From Bacilli bacterium (GTDB taxonomy: Bacteria; Bacillota_I; Bacilli_A; RF39; UBA660): a stretch of 35,300 nt of DNA. Within the stretch, counting starts at the first letter, position 1. The number at the start of each line of letters is the position of its first letter. The DNA lies in the NCBI GenBank assembly GCA_036642175.1, contig JAVWDK010000003.1:1-35300 (forward strand), written 5' to 3'. The notes beneath the pieces are model-generated. The model was not told where the DNA came from, made no database searches, and saw only the letters and a list, made by a program, of their open reading frames with translations. Below, in pieces: positions 1 through 7,764 of the stretch. The position numbers were made by a program, and so were the translations under genes.

Positions 1-1703
1 ATCAAGATAATTATGTGTTAGTAGCAAAAAATAAAGACAAATATGCTAATTTAGAAGCTATATCAAATATTAAAATTGGTGTTTTAAAAAATGAAATGGA
101 TTTAATTAATCAATACATTAATACAAGTGTAAGCTTTGAAAGTTATGAAAATATTTTAGAATTATTTGAAGAATTAAAAGATGAAAACAAAAAAATAGAT
201 GCTATTGCAATTCCTAAAATGGTTTATTTAGAAAAAATAATCAGTGATGAGACATTAAATATTGTTTACAACATATCTGATTTAAAAGAATACTATGTGT
301 TGTCTTTAGGAAAAGATGTTAAGTTAAACTCAATAATTAGTAAATATTTTATTAAATGGAATAAAGAAAATTATGATGAATTATATAAAAAAAATTTAAA
401 TAAAAATTATTTTGCATTTAAAAAAATAGATGAAACAGCCAAGGCAAAATTTAAAGGAAGAAGTTATACCTACGGCTTTGTAAGCAATCCTCCTTATGAT
501 ATTTTGTATAAAGGAAAATTAATTGGATTAAATAGTACTATTATAAAGAATTTTGCTAATTTAGCCAATATTGAACTAAGTATAAAAAAATATAATAATG
601 TAAATGGAATGCTTCAATCATTTAATGAAAATAATTTAGATTTTGTATTTAATAATTATTCTAGCACAGAATATAAAATGGATACGAAAATATCAACTTC
701 ATTTTATGATGAAAAAATAGTTGTTGTATCAAATTTAAAAAATAATGTAATTGTTAATTCACTAAATTCAATTAAAGATAAAGAAATATTAGTTGTTGCT
801 GATACAAAGATTGAGCAATATTTATCTAATAATCAAAATAAAACAAAAAAGTATAATAATTTAATTGATTTATTAGATAACGTTAACAATGATTCTATTA
901 TTGCTTTAGATTATGATTCATATTATTTTTATAGTAAAAACAAATTAGAAAATTTTAAAATCGATTATAATTTTACTTTAAAAGATAACTATAATTACGT
1001 TATGCGTGATATTGCAGCTAATAAAATTTTCAATGATTATTTAGACTTCTATTTATCTTTTATTAATGAAAAAGAATACACTAATAGTACTTATATTAAA
1101 CTGTTTGATTTCAAAATGGAAAAAAATCCTAATAGATTATTAACACTATTATTAATTTTAGTAATTATCTTAATTTCTTTAATTGTTGTTTTAAAAAAAC
1201 TACTGTTTAAAAAAAAGAAAAAGAAGAAAGGTCTAGTAATGTCGAAGACTGATAAGTTACGTTATGTTGATGTTTTGACTTCTTTGAAAAATAGAAATTA
1301 TTTAAATGATCATATTGAAATATGGGATGATAGTGAAGTATATCCACAAACTATTGTCATTGTAGATTTAAATAATATTGCTTATATAAATGATAATTAT
1401 GGTCATCAAGAGGGTGACAATGTAATTAAAGAAGCTGCTAATATTTTAATAAAAAATCAAATTCAGAATACTGAGATTATTCGAACAAATGGGAATGAAT
1501 TTTTAATTTATATGGTTGGTTATGATGAGAAACAAGTTATATCTCATGTTAGAAAACTAATTAAAGAATTAAAAGAATTAGCTCACGGATTTGGTGCAGC
1601 AGCAGGTTATAGTATGATAAATGATGCTATTAAAACAATTGATGATGCAGTTAATGAAGCAACCCTTGATATGAAAAATAATAAAGAAGAACTTAGTAAC
1701 TAG
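1..1703 (+). CDS. Membrane-anchored GGDEF-domain protein with an N-terminal solute-binding-protein-like region; the 5' end is probably cut by the window edge
   Basis: The ORF track gives 15..1703 with a GTG start, but the frame stays open back to base 3, so the true start is probably upstream of the window. There is one clear TM helix (LLTLLLILVIILISLIVVLKKLLF) followed by a poly-Lys stretch. The C-terminus has a GGDEF fold (VDLNNIAYINDNYGHQEGDNVIKE ... RTNGNEFLIYM). The signature pentapeptide reads NGNEF instead of GG(D/E)EF. Confidence 0.8.
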   Translation, partial: QDNYVLVAKNKDKYANLEAISNIKIGVLKNEMDLINQYINTSVSFESYENILELFEELKDENKKIDAIAIPKMVYLEKIISDETLNIVYNISDLKEYYVLSLGKDVKLNSIISKYFIKWNKENYDELYKKNLNKNYFAFKKIDETAKAKFKGRSYTYGFVSNPPYDILYKGKLIGLNSTIIKNFANLANIELSIKKYNNVNGMLQSFNENNLDFVFNNYSSTEYKMDTKISTSFYDEKIVVVSNLKNNVIVNSLNSIKDKEILVVADTKIEQYLSNNQNKTKKYNNLIDLLDNVNNDSIIALDYDSYYFYSKNKLENFKIDYNFTLKDNYNYVMRDIAANKIFNDYLDFYLSFINEKEYTNSTYIKLFDFKMEKNPNRLLTLLLILVIILISLIVVLKKLLFKKKKKKKGLVMSKTDKLRYVDVLTSLKNRNYLNDHIEIWDDSEVYPQTIVIVDLNNIAYINDNYGHQEGDNVIKEAANILIKNQIQNTEIIRTNGNEFLIYMVGYDEKQVISHVRKLIKELKELAHGFGAAAGYSMINDAIKTIDDAVNEATLDMKNNKEELSN

Positions 1704-1722
1704 TTCTTTTTTAGGGAGATTT

Positions 1723-2583
1723 ATGAAAAAATTAAAAGAAATAGTCCACAAAATGTATGAGTTGATTTTAAGACCTGAGTTAAAAATATTGCCTGGCAAT
1801 TTAGCATTCTTTTTAGTTCTTGCAATAATTCCTATTATTATTTTAATTGGCTTTATTTGCAGTTTAATGTCAATTCCAATTACAATACTTACTGATTTTA
1901 TGAATCAATATTTTCCTGAGCAAATAAGTAATATTTTAGTTCCTTATTTTAGTGGACAAGGCGTTGATTTTAATGTTGTTATATTCACTTTAATGGGCTT
2001 TATTTTAGCCAGTAATGGTGCTCATGCTATTATTATTGCTTCAAATAAAGTTTATAATGTTGAAAATAATAATTATATAAGAAAAAGACTAAAAGCATTT
2101 AATATGATTATTTTACTTGTTGTTTTAATTGTTTTTATGTTAACTTTTTTAGCTTTTGGTAGTAGTATTATGAATTTTCTAACAATTAATTTTTTAAAGT
2201 ATCTGAATAAATATACTTACTATTTATACTTAATGATTAAATGGCCAATTGGCTTTATGTTTATATTTATGATTGTCAAACTAATTTATACAATCGCACC
2301 AGATAAGCATATTCCAAGCAAATATGTAAATAAAGGAGCTGTATTTACAACTATATTTTGGATTATTGGAACTTATATTTACGGATATTATGTTACAAAT
2401 ATTGCTAATTACAATTTATTTTATGGTAATCTATCTAATATTGTAATTTTAATGTTATGGATATATTTTATTTCTTACGTTTTAGTTATTGGAATAGTTA
2501 TTAATGTTACTGAATATAAAGTTTTTGAAAACAATATAGAAATAGAAAATGATAAGAATAAATGTATTAAAATAGGTGAATAA
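1723..2583 (+). CDS. YihY/BrkB-family integral membrane protein
   Basis: The N-terminus LRPELKILPGNLAFFLVLAIIPIIILIGF and about 6 hydrophobic segments are typical of the YihY/virulence factor BrkB family. A GGGAG Shine-Dalgarno lies 6 nt upstream of the ATG. Confidence 0.8.
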   Translation: MKKLKEIVHKMYELILRPELKILPGNLAFFLVLAIIPIIILIGFICSLMSIPITILTDFMNQYFPEQISNILVPYFSGQGVDFNVVIFTLMGFILASNGAHAIIIASNKVYNVENNNYIRKRLKAFNMIILLVVLIVFMLTFLAFGSSIMNFLTINFLKYLNKYTYYLYLMIKWPIGFMFIFMIVKLIYTIAPDKHIPSKYVNKGAVFTTIFWIIGTYIYGYYVTNIANYNLFYGNLSNIVILMLWIYFISYVLVIGIVINVTEYKVFENNIEIENDKNKCIKIGE

Positions 2584-2680
2584 TATAATGGGTATAGTAT
2601 ACCTATAGACTACATAATTAGTACTGATTTTAGTTTAACTGTGAACTAATAAGTATTAGAATTTCAATTGCCATCTAAGT

Positions 2681-2710
2681 AAGAAGATAAAATTATCTTC
2701 TTTTATTTAT
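2681..2710. terminator. Hairpin between convergent genes, with the T-tract on the + side
   Basis: AAGAAGATAA (2681-2690) and TTATCTTCTT (2693-2702) form a perfect inverted repeat followed by TTATTTAT. It sits between the yihY-like gene (+) and the ponA-side genes (-). Confidence 0.55.
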
Positions 2711-2726
2711 AAAAAAAGCAGCTTTT

Positions 2727-2954
2727 TTATAAGCCACTATTTATTTTAATTGTTTTAACTAATTTTTCTTTGTAAGTATCATAAGTAATACTATAAGTTA
2801 TAGTAAATATATCTTCTTTATCAGTTGTTATATTAGAAACAATTTCATTTTTACTATTTTTAATTTCTTTTGTTATTGTTGAAAGACTTGTAACATCAAT
2901 TCCGCTTTCAGTTACAATAACAGGAGTTTTTTCTTCTATATAAATATCATTCAA
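2727..2954 (-). CDS. Hypothetical 75-codon ORF; possibly a detached C-terminal segment of PBP1A, or spurious
   Basis: The only available start is TTG. There is no Shine-Dalgarno. The ORF opens in the +1 frame exactly at the ponA stop codon. Its beta-strand-like T/I/K/N-rich composition resembles the PBP1A C-terminal tail. Confidence 0.25.
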   Translation of the reverse strand: MNDIYIEEKTPVIVTESGIDVTSLSTITKEIKNSKNEIVSNITTDKEDIFTITYSITYDTYKEKLVKTIKINSGL

Positions 2955-5667
2955 TTAAGATATTACCATTTATAATAGAAGTTACAATAGGGGCAAGACC
3001 TTTTAAATCAATCGTAAGTTCTTCACCATCACTCATATTATTTTTGAAGATTGAATAAGTTGTTTTTACAACAAAGACAATTGATTTCAAATTAGTTTTA
3101 ATATCGTATGTAATGGTAGGTTCCGCTGTATTTTTAATTAGTTCTAACTCTCCTAAATCATTTTTATAATAAACGTTATAGCTTATTGTACCAATATAAT
3201 CTTTATTATATTTTAATCTGGTATTTAGATAATTAGTTTGACTATAATTGTTGCTAAAAAGAGAATTAACATATGTTTTTAGTTTATTTTCATCAATAGC
3301 ATCAGGATTTTTTACTTTATCCCAAGATAATATAATTTTATTTTTATCAATTTTACTTGTTAAATTTTTAACTTTATCCAATTTAGAATATCTATTAGAT
3401 ATTTCAGTTGGTTCAGTTCCTGATTTAAACAATTCATTGATTATCATATCTTTAGGTGTAAATTCACTAGGCAATTTAACAGGATTTGAATCTTTTTCAA
3501 CGGCAACTTGAATAACATTATTTGGTTTAGGAAAATTGTTTTTATTGAAGAATATTCCAACTCCAAGATCATGAAATAATCTACCGTGAGCTACTCTATA
3601 AGTATATAAATCTGTATAATAGCCATTTTTAATATATTCTTCATTAATTTTATCATATCCATACCAAATAGCCATTGCGTAGTCTTGATCATATCCTGCT
3701 ACCCATAAATCATTAACAGCTGATTTTGATAAATTTTTGTAAATATCAAAAGTTTCTTTTGGATAATTAGTTGTTCCTGTTTTTATTGCTACTTTAGCAT
3801 TATTCATATTCGCATAGTAAGTACCGATTGCAGTATTACCAGTATCTAGTAGCATACTAGTAATCATGTAAGCTGTATCTTCATTCATAACTTTTGTTCG
3901 TGCTGTTTTATTTTCAAATACTTCTCCAGTTTCACGATAAATTAGTTTAGTAAAACTATAAGGTTCATTATAAATACCTTTATTAGCAAAGGCTGCATAG
4001 GCAGCTGCAACGGTTAATGGACTTTCACCTGTATATCCACCAATTGCATGTGCTTCATGAATTTTACCATTTTCTAGTTCGGGACTGAGACCTAATTTAG
4101 TTACAAATTCTTTAATATTATTATTTGCAATGTTTTTAAATGTTTTTAAAGCAGGAATATTTCTTGAACCTATTATTGCTGTACGCATAGTAATTAATCC
4201 TTGAAAAGTTCCATCCCAGTTATTAATTGCTTGACCACCTGTATAATAATATGGCTCATCGGCAAATAATTGATAAGTGCTCCAATTATTATATTCAATT
4301 GCAGGACCATAATCATATAACGGTTTGGCTGTTGAACCAATTTGCTTTTTTATGTCGGTTGCATAGTTAAATATTTTTTCTTTTCCTGAATCTCGATTAG
4401 CCCCTACGGCAACAACCGCACCAGTTTTATTGTCAATAACAATAACACCAGCTTGAACTTTGGAATTGTCCCATTTGTAATATTTTCCGAGCATAACAGC
4501 ATTAACGTGTTTTTGCTTTTCACTATCCATTGTAGTGTAAATTTCCATAGGAACTGTATAAGGGTCTTTTTTTGTTTTTTTCATTACTTCAGCGACAACT
4601 GTGTCAATAAAACCATGATTTGCTTCTACTTTATAATCTTTGGTAATTAAGTTTTCAACACTAATTGCTTCTGCAATTTCTTTTTCCTCTTCAGTAATAT
4701 AACCATGAATTTTCATTAAATGTAATACAATACTTCTTCTTTTTGCTGCTTTTTCTGGATTTTTAAGAGGATCTAAAGCATTAGGAGAATTAAATAAACC
4801 AGCGATTAATGAAGCTTCTGCTAAATTAATGTCTTTTGCTTTTTTTCCAAAATATGTAAGACATGCTTGTTCAACACCATATGCTCCGCCTCTAGAAGCG
4901 GCCCCTAAATAATTATAGTTAACGTAAAATTCTAGTATTTCTTCTTTAGTATAATTTTTTTCAATTTTAAATATTGACATGTATATATCGGTAAATTTAC
5001 GAATAATACCTTGAATGCCTTCGTCTTTTGTTGATGTGAAAATATTTTTTGATAATTGCATTGTTAAAGTAGAAGCACCTCCTGCACCAGCATTTCCTGC
5101 TAATTGACCAAAAGTTGCTTTAATAAATCGTGGTAAATCAAATCCATTATGTTGAAAAAATCTTGAATCTTCTGTTGCAACAATTGCATTAATTAAGACT
5201 TCTGGTAATTCATCATAAGTTATTTTTTCTCTTTTTTCTACACCTAATTTAGCTTCAATTTCGCCTTTATTATTATATATAATAGTTGATTCATTTTGAT
5301 ATAATTCTTCTGGATTAAAGTTTGGTGCATTTTTAGCTATCCAAAAAAAGAAAATTGTAATTGCGAGTATAATTAGAATTCCAAAAGAAAATATTATTAA
5401 AAGAATAATTTTTCCAATAGAATGTTTTTTTCTTTTTTTTCTTTTTAAAATATAATAAGTAATTATATCAATAATAAAAATAAAGGCGAAAGATAATAAG
5501 AAACCAATTATACATGTTCCAATTATCAGGCATAGTAAATTAACAAGTCCTAAAATACATAAAATTTGATTTTTTTGCATCCACTTTAATAAATTGCTTT
5601 TTTTTATTGAACTCTTTTTCATTGTTTTTTTTGAAGTAGTCTTTTTATTATTTATTTTCTTTTTCAT
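2947..5667 (-). CDS. ponA: Class A penicillin-binding protein (bifunctional glycosyltransferase/transpeptidase, PBP1A)
   Basis: GT51 motifs are present (EDSRFFQHNGFD, GASTLTMQL), as is the transpeptidase SxxK motif (GSTAKP) and a KTGT box. AAGGAG lies 7 nt upstream of the ATG. The recU-ponA gene order matches other Firmicutes. The protein has a Lys-rich N-terminus with extra hydrophobic segments and an FN3-like C-terminal tail. Confidence 0.95.
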   Translation of the reverse strand: MKKKINNKKTTSKKTMKKSSIKKSNLLKWMQKNQILCILGLVNLLCLIIGTCIIGFLLSFAFIFIIDIITYYILKRKKRKKHSIGKIILLIIFSFGILIILAITIFFFWIAKNAPNFNPEELYQNESTIIYNNKGEIEAKLGVEKREKITYDELPEVLINAIVATEDSRFFQHNGFDLPRFIKATFGQLAGNAGAGGASTLTMQLSKNIFTSTKDEGIQGIIRKFTDIYMSIFKIEKNYTKEEILEFYVNYNYLGAASRGGAYGVEQACLTYFGKKAKDINLAEASLIAGLFNSPNALDPLKNPEKAAKRRSIVLHLMKIHGYITEEEKEIAEAISVENLITKDYKVEANHGFIDTVVAEVMKKTKKDPYTVPMEIYTTMDSEKQKHVNAVMLGKYYKWDNSKVQAGVIVIDNKTGAVVAVGANRDSGKEKIFNYATDIKKQIGSTAKPLYDYGPAIEYNNWSTYQLFADEPYYYTGGQAINNWDGTFQGLITMRTAIIGSRNIPALKTFKNIANNNIKEFVTKLGLSPELENGKIHEAHAIGGYTGESPLTVAAAYAAFANKGIYNEPYSFTKLIYRETGEVFENKTARTKVMNEDTAYMITSMLLDTGNTAIGTYYANMNNAKVAIKTGTTNYPKETFDIYKNLSKSAVNDLWVAGYDQDYAMAIWYGYDKINEEYIKNGYYTDLYTYRVAHGRLFHDLGVGIFFNKNNFPKPNNVIQVAVEKDSNPVKLPSEFTPKDMIINELFKSGTEPTEISNRYSKLDKVKNLTSKIDKNKIILSWDKVKNPDAIDENKLKTYVNSLFSNNYSQTNYLNTRLKYNKDYIGTISYNVYYKNDLGELELIKNTAEPTITYDIKTNLKSIVFVVKTTYSIFKNNMSDGEELTIDLKGLAPIVTSIINGNILIE

Positions 5668-6238
5668 ATGTATCTCCTTTAAAATAAATTTTGTCTAATA
5701 TTTCTAAATAATCAATTCGTGGATTATATTTGTCTTTAATGGAGTAACCAAATTTTTCTATATAATCAACAGGAATAGATTTCTTATAATTATCATTTAT
5801 ATATTCTAATACTTTATCAATTGTTATTAGAAAAGTTTGATTTATCTTAATAAATCTTATAATAATAAATCCAATTCCTCCATGACGAACAATTTTTTTT
5901 AAATGTTCCAATTGATGTTTATGAATATTACTAAGGGGGAATAGCTTAATATTTTTAGTCTCTTTAGCTTCAAAATCAATATATTTTCCTTTATAAATCC
6001 CATTATAATCTGTTGTTGAAGGAATTTTAAAGTGAGCTTCTTTTATTGTTGCATCAAATCTTGAATTGTAATCAACTTTATTAACAGTTATAGGTGTTGG
6101 TTTTTTATGGATAATTGCAATATCGTTTAGTAAGTAATATTCATTAGAAATGTTAATTTCTTTTTCTAATGTCATTCCACGATTACTATAAGATACTTCA
6201 TTATTAAAATCATTTTTACTTCCAACAGGATATCTCAT
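5648..6238 (-). CDS. recU: Holliday junction resolvase RecU
   Basis: There is strong similarity to B. subtilis RecU as I remember it (YSNRGMTLE, IHKKPTP, STTDYNGIYKGKYIDFEAKETKN). I prefer the ATG at 6238 (MRYPVG...), which is preceded by GGTGAT, over the GTG at 6250 in the ORF track. Confidence 0.93.
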   Translation of the reverse strand: MRYPVGSKNDFNNEVSYSNRGMTLEKEINISNEYYLLNDIAIIHKKPTPITVNKVDYNSRFDATIKEAHFKIPSTTDYNGIYKGKYIDFEAKETKNIKLFPLSNIHKHQLEHLKKIVRHGGIGFIIIRFIKINQTFLITIDKVLEYINDNYKKSIPVDYIEKFGYSIKDKYNPRIDYLEILDKIYFKGDTYEKENK

Positions 6239-6392
6239 TTTTATCACCACTATAATTATACTATATATATTCTCTTTTTTCTACTTAGATTAATAATTTG
6301 TCATAAATTAATTTAAGAGAAAATATAATCTAGTTTTGTCGAAAAGCAACACAAGATAATTTAAATGTGTTAAAGTATAAACGAGGTGGAAA

Positions 6393-6488
6393 ATGAACAA
6401 ACATCATTTAGATAATTTGTTTGAAAGTATGATTGATGATGTAAAATATATAAAAAGAACTACTAGTTTTTTAACAAAATTTAGATAG
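6393..6488 (+). CDS. Hypothetical 31-aa small ORF (MNKHHLDNLFESMIDDVKYIKRTTSFLTKFR)
   Basis: The ATG is preceded by GAGGTGG at about 5 nt. It lies in the recU/gpsB divergent intergenic region. I recognise no homologue. Confidence 0.2.
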   Translation: MNKHHLDNLFESMIDDVKYIKRTTSFLTKFR

Positions 6489-6519
6489 TTTTTTTTATAT
6501 ATAGTAAATAAAAAGTCAA

Positions 6520-6548
6520 TTGACAAACAACTATTTATTTGAGATAAT
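6520..6548 (+). promoter_or_regulatory. Sigma-A-type promoter for gpsB (and probably rnpB)
   Basis: TTGACA (6520-6525), a 17-nt spacer and GATAAT (6543-6548), with an extended -10 TG at 6540-6541. Confidence 0.6.
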
Positions 6549-6572
6549 GATACAGAGGAAAGGGGTATAAAT

Positions 6573-6893
6573 ATGTATCAAGAACGAATTTTTTTGACTG
6601 CTAAAGATATTTTAGAAAAAGACTTTAAAATTGATACTCGTGGATTTAGGCCACAAGAAGTTGATAAATTCTTAGATGTTATAATAAAAGATTATGAAGA
6701 ATGGTCTAATATTGTTAATGAACTTGAGACTGATAAAAACAACTTACTTGCAGAAAACATGAAATTAAAACAAGAAATAAGACTTCTTAGAACTAAGTTG
6801 GACGTGGCATCTACTGGAGGAGATGCTCCTAATAATGCCGATGTTTTAAGACGCCTTTCAAATTTAGAAAAAATAATTTATGGAAAAGAATAA
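6573..6893 (+). CDS. gpsB: Cell-cycle protein GpsB (DivIVA-domain)
   Basis: LTAKDILEKDFKIDTRGFRPQEVDKFLDVIIKDYEE and the C-terminal LRRLSNLEKIIYG closely match B. subtilis GpsB. It sits next to recU-ponA and rnpB, as in Bacillus. Confidence 0.9.
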   Translation: MYQERIFLTAKDILEKDFKIDTRGFRPQEVDKFLDVIIKDYEEWSNIVNELETDKNNLLAENMKLKQEIRLLRTKLDVASTGGDAPNNADVLRRLSNLEKIIYGKE

Positions 6894-7240
6894 TATTTTG
6901 ACAAACGCTGTATTTTTATAATATAGAGGAAAGTCCATGCTCGCACTATCTGGGATGATAGTAGTGTTCATGCATAGGGAAAAAATAACCTATGGTAGTT
7001 TTAACTAACGGCGCTTAATAACCTAAACTTTAAGCATGGTTATAAGCATAAAGTGTCATAGAGACGAGTTTTTAGGAAACTAAAAAGTGGAACGTGATAA
7101 ACCCCATGAGCGAGAAACCCAAATTTGGTAGGGGAACCTAATAGATAGAAATAGAACTGTCTATGGGATTGCATTATGCAATAGATAAATGTTTGTCGCC
7201 TAGAAATAGGAACAGAACATGGCTTATAAAATATTATTTT
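6887..7240 (+). ncRNA. rnpB: RNase P RNA, type B (Firmicute type)
   Basis: Universal motifs are present: GAGGAAAGTCC (6926-6936), GTGGAACG..TAAACCCC..GAGCGAGAAACCC and ACAGAACATGGCTTA (7212-7226). The helices can be drawn by hand. P1 pairs 6887-6899 with 7228-7240, P2 pairs GACAAACG (6900-6907) with the complementary TGTTTGTC at about 7190-7197, and P3 is CTGTATT/AATATAG (6908-6926). The ends are approximate to within a few nt. Confidence 0.9.
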
Positions 7241-7260
7241 GTTTTTTTAGGATGGTGAAT

Positions 7261-7764
7261 ATGAAAGAAATTGGTGAAAAACTTAAAGAAGCTAGAGAAA
7301 GTATGGGAGTATCTTTAGATGAAGCAGCAGAAGACTTAAAATTAAGACCATCACAAATTGAGAATATTGAAGAAGGTAATATTGAAGCATTCAAAGACGT
7401 TTTTTATTTGAAATATTTTATTCGAGATTATTCAAAATATTTAGGATTAAAATATGAAGACATGGTTGATGAATTTAATGAATTTTTATTTGATTATACA
7501 TCTAAAATATCGTTAAGTGACATAAAAAATGCCCAAAAAAAATGTGTTAAAAAAGAAGATGTAAAAAAGATTGCTTCTCCTTATACAATGAGTAAATCAA
7601 GAAAACCTATTATGATTTCAACTGTTATTTATATAATAATTGGTATATTACTTATAATAAGCGGTTATTTTATAATAACACTTATAAAAAAAGACGATTT
7701 TGTGGAAGAAAAGCCAATTGAGGCTGCTTATATAATAGGGAGGAATTATGAAATTACCAAATAA
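7261..7764 (+). CDS. rodZ: RodZ-like membrane protein with an XRE-type HTH (short form lacking a large extracytoplasmic domain)
   Basis: The N-terminal HTH is IGEKLKEARESMGVSLDEAAEDLKLRPSQIENIEEGN. There is one TM helix near the C-terminus. It lies immediately upstream of pgsA, like ymfM(rodZ)-pgsA in B. subtilis. The start is set at the ATG at 7261 (GGATGGTG Shine-Dalgarno), because the track start at 7219 lies inside rnpB. Confidence 0.65.
   Translation: MKEIGEKLKEARESMGVSLDEAAEDLKLRPSQIENIEEGNIEAFKDVFYLKYFIRDYSKYLGLKYEDMVDEFNEFLFDYTSKISLSDIKNAQKKCVKKEDVKKIASPYTMSKSRKPIMISTVIYIIIGILLIISGYFIITLIKKDDFVEEKPIEAAYIIGRNYEITK

Noticed and set aside
1206-1230. An A-rich tract (AAAAAAAAGAAAAAGAAGAAAGG) encoding KKKKKKKG could be a slippery or phase-variable site.
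   Set aside because: The longest pure homopolymer is about 8 A, interrupted by G. It encodes the expected positive-inside stop-transfer patch right after the TM helix. No alternative-frame ORF continues from it.
1578-1799. A 73-aa minus-strand ORF spans the end of the GGDEF gene and the start of the yihY-like gene.
   Set aside because: It is antisense to two well-supported genes. It has no Shine-Dalgarno. Its low-complexity F/I/N/C-rich translation is typical of shadow ORFs in AT-rich DNA.
2591-2603. The short palindrome GGTATA-G-TATACC lies just after the yihY-like stop codon.
   Set aside because: The arms are only 6 bp. No gene lies downstream on either strand that it could regulate, because this is a convergent intergenic region. 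It is probably fortuitous or a minor hairpin.
3248-4650. Plus-strand ORFs 3248..3511 and 4453..4650 lie inside ponA.
   Set aside because: Both lie antisense within a strongly conserved PBP1A coding region. I found no start signals and no recognisable motifs.
6898-6926. TTGACA followed by TATAAT/TAATAT looks like a promoter for rnpB.
   Set aside because: The spacing is only 13-15 nt. The hexamers fall inside helices P1/P2/P3 of the RNase P RNA fold, so they are probably coincidental. This is discussed in the rnpB finding.
7219-7260. An N-terminal extension (MAYKILFCFFRMVN) of the rodZ-like ORF appears in the ORF track.
   Set aside because: The extension starts inside the 3' end of RNase P RNA (ACAGAACATGGCTTA contains the ATG) and has no Shine-Dalgarno. 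The internal ATG at 7261 has GGATGGTG upstream and starts the conserved HTH.
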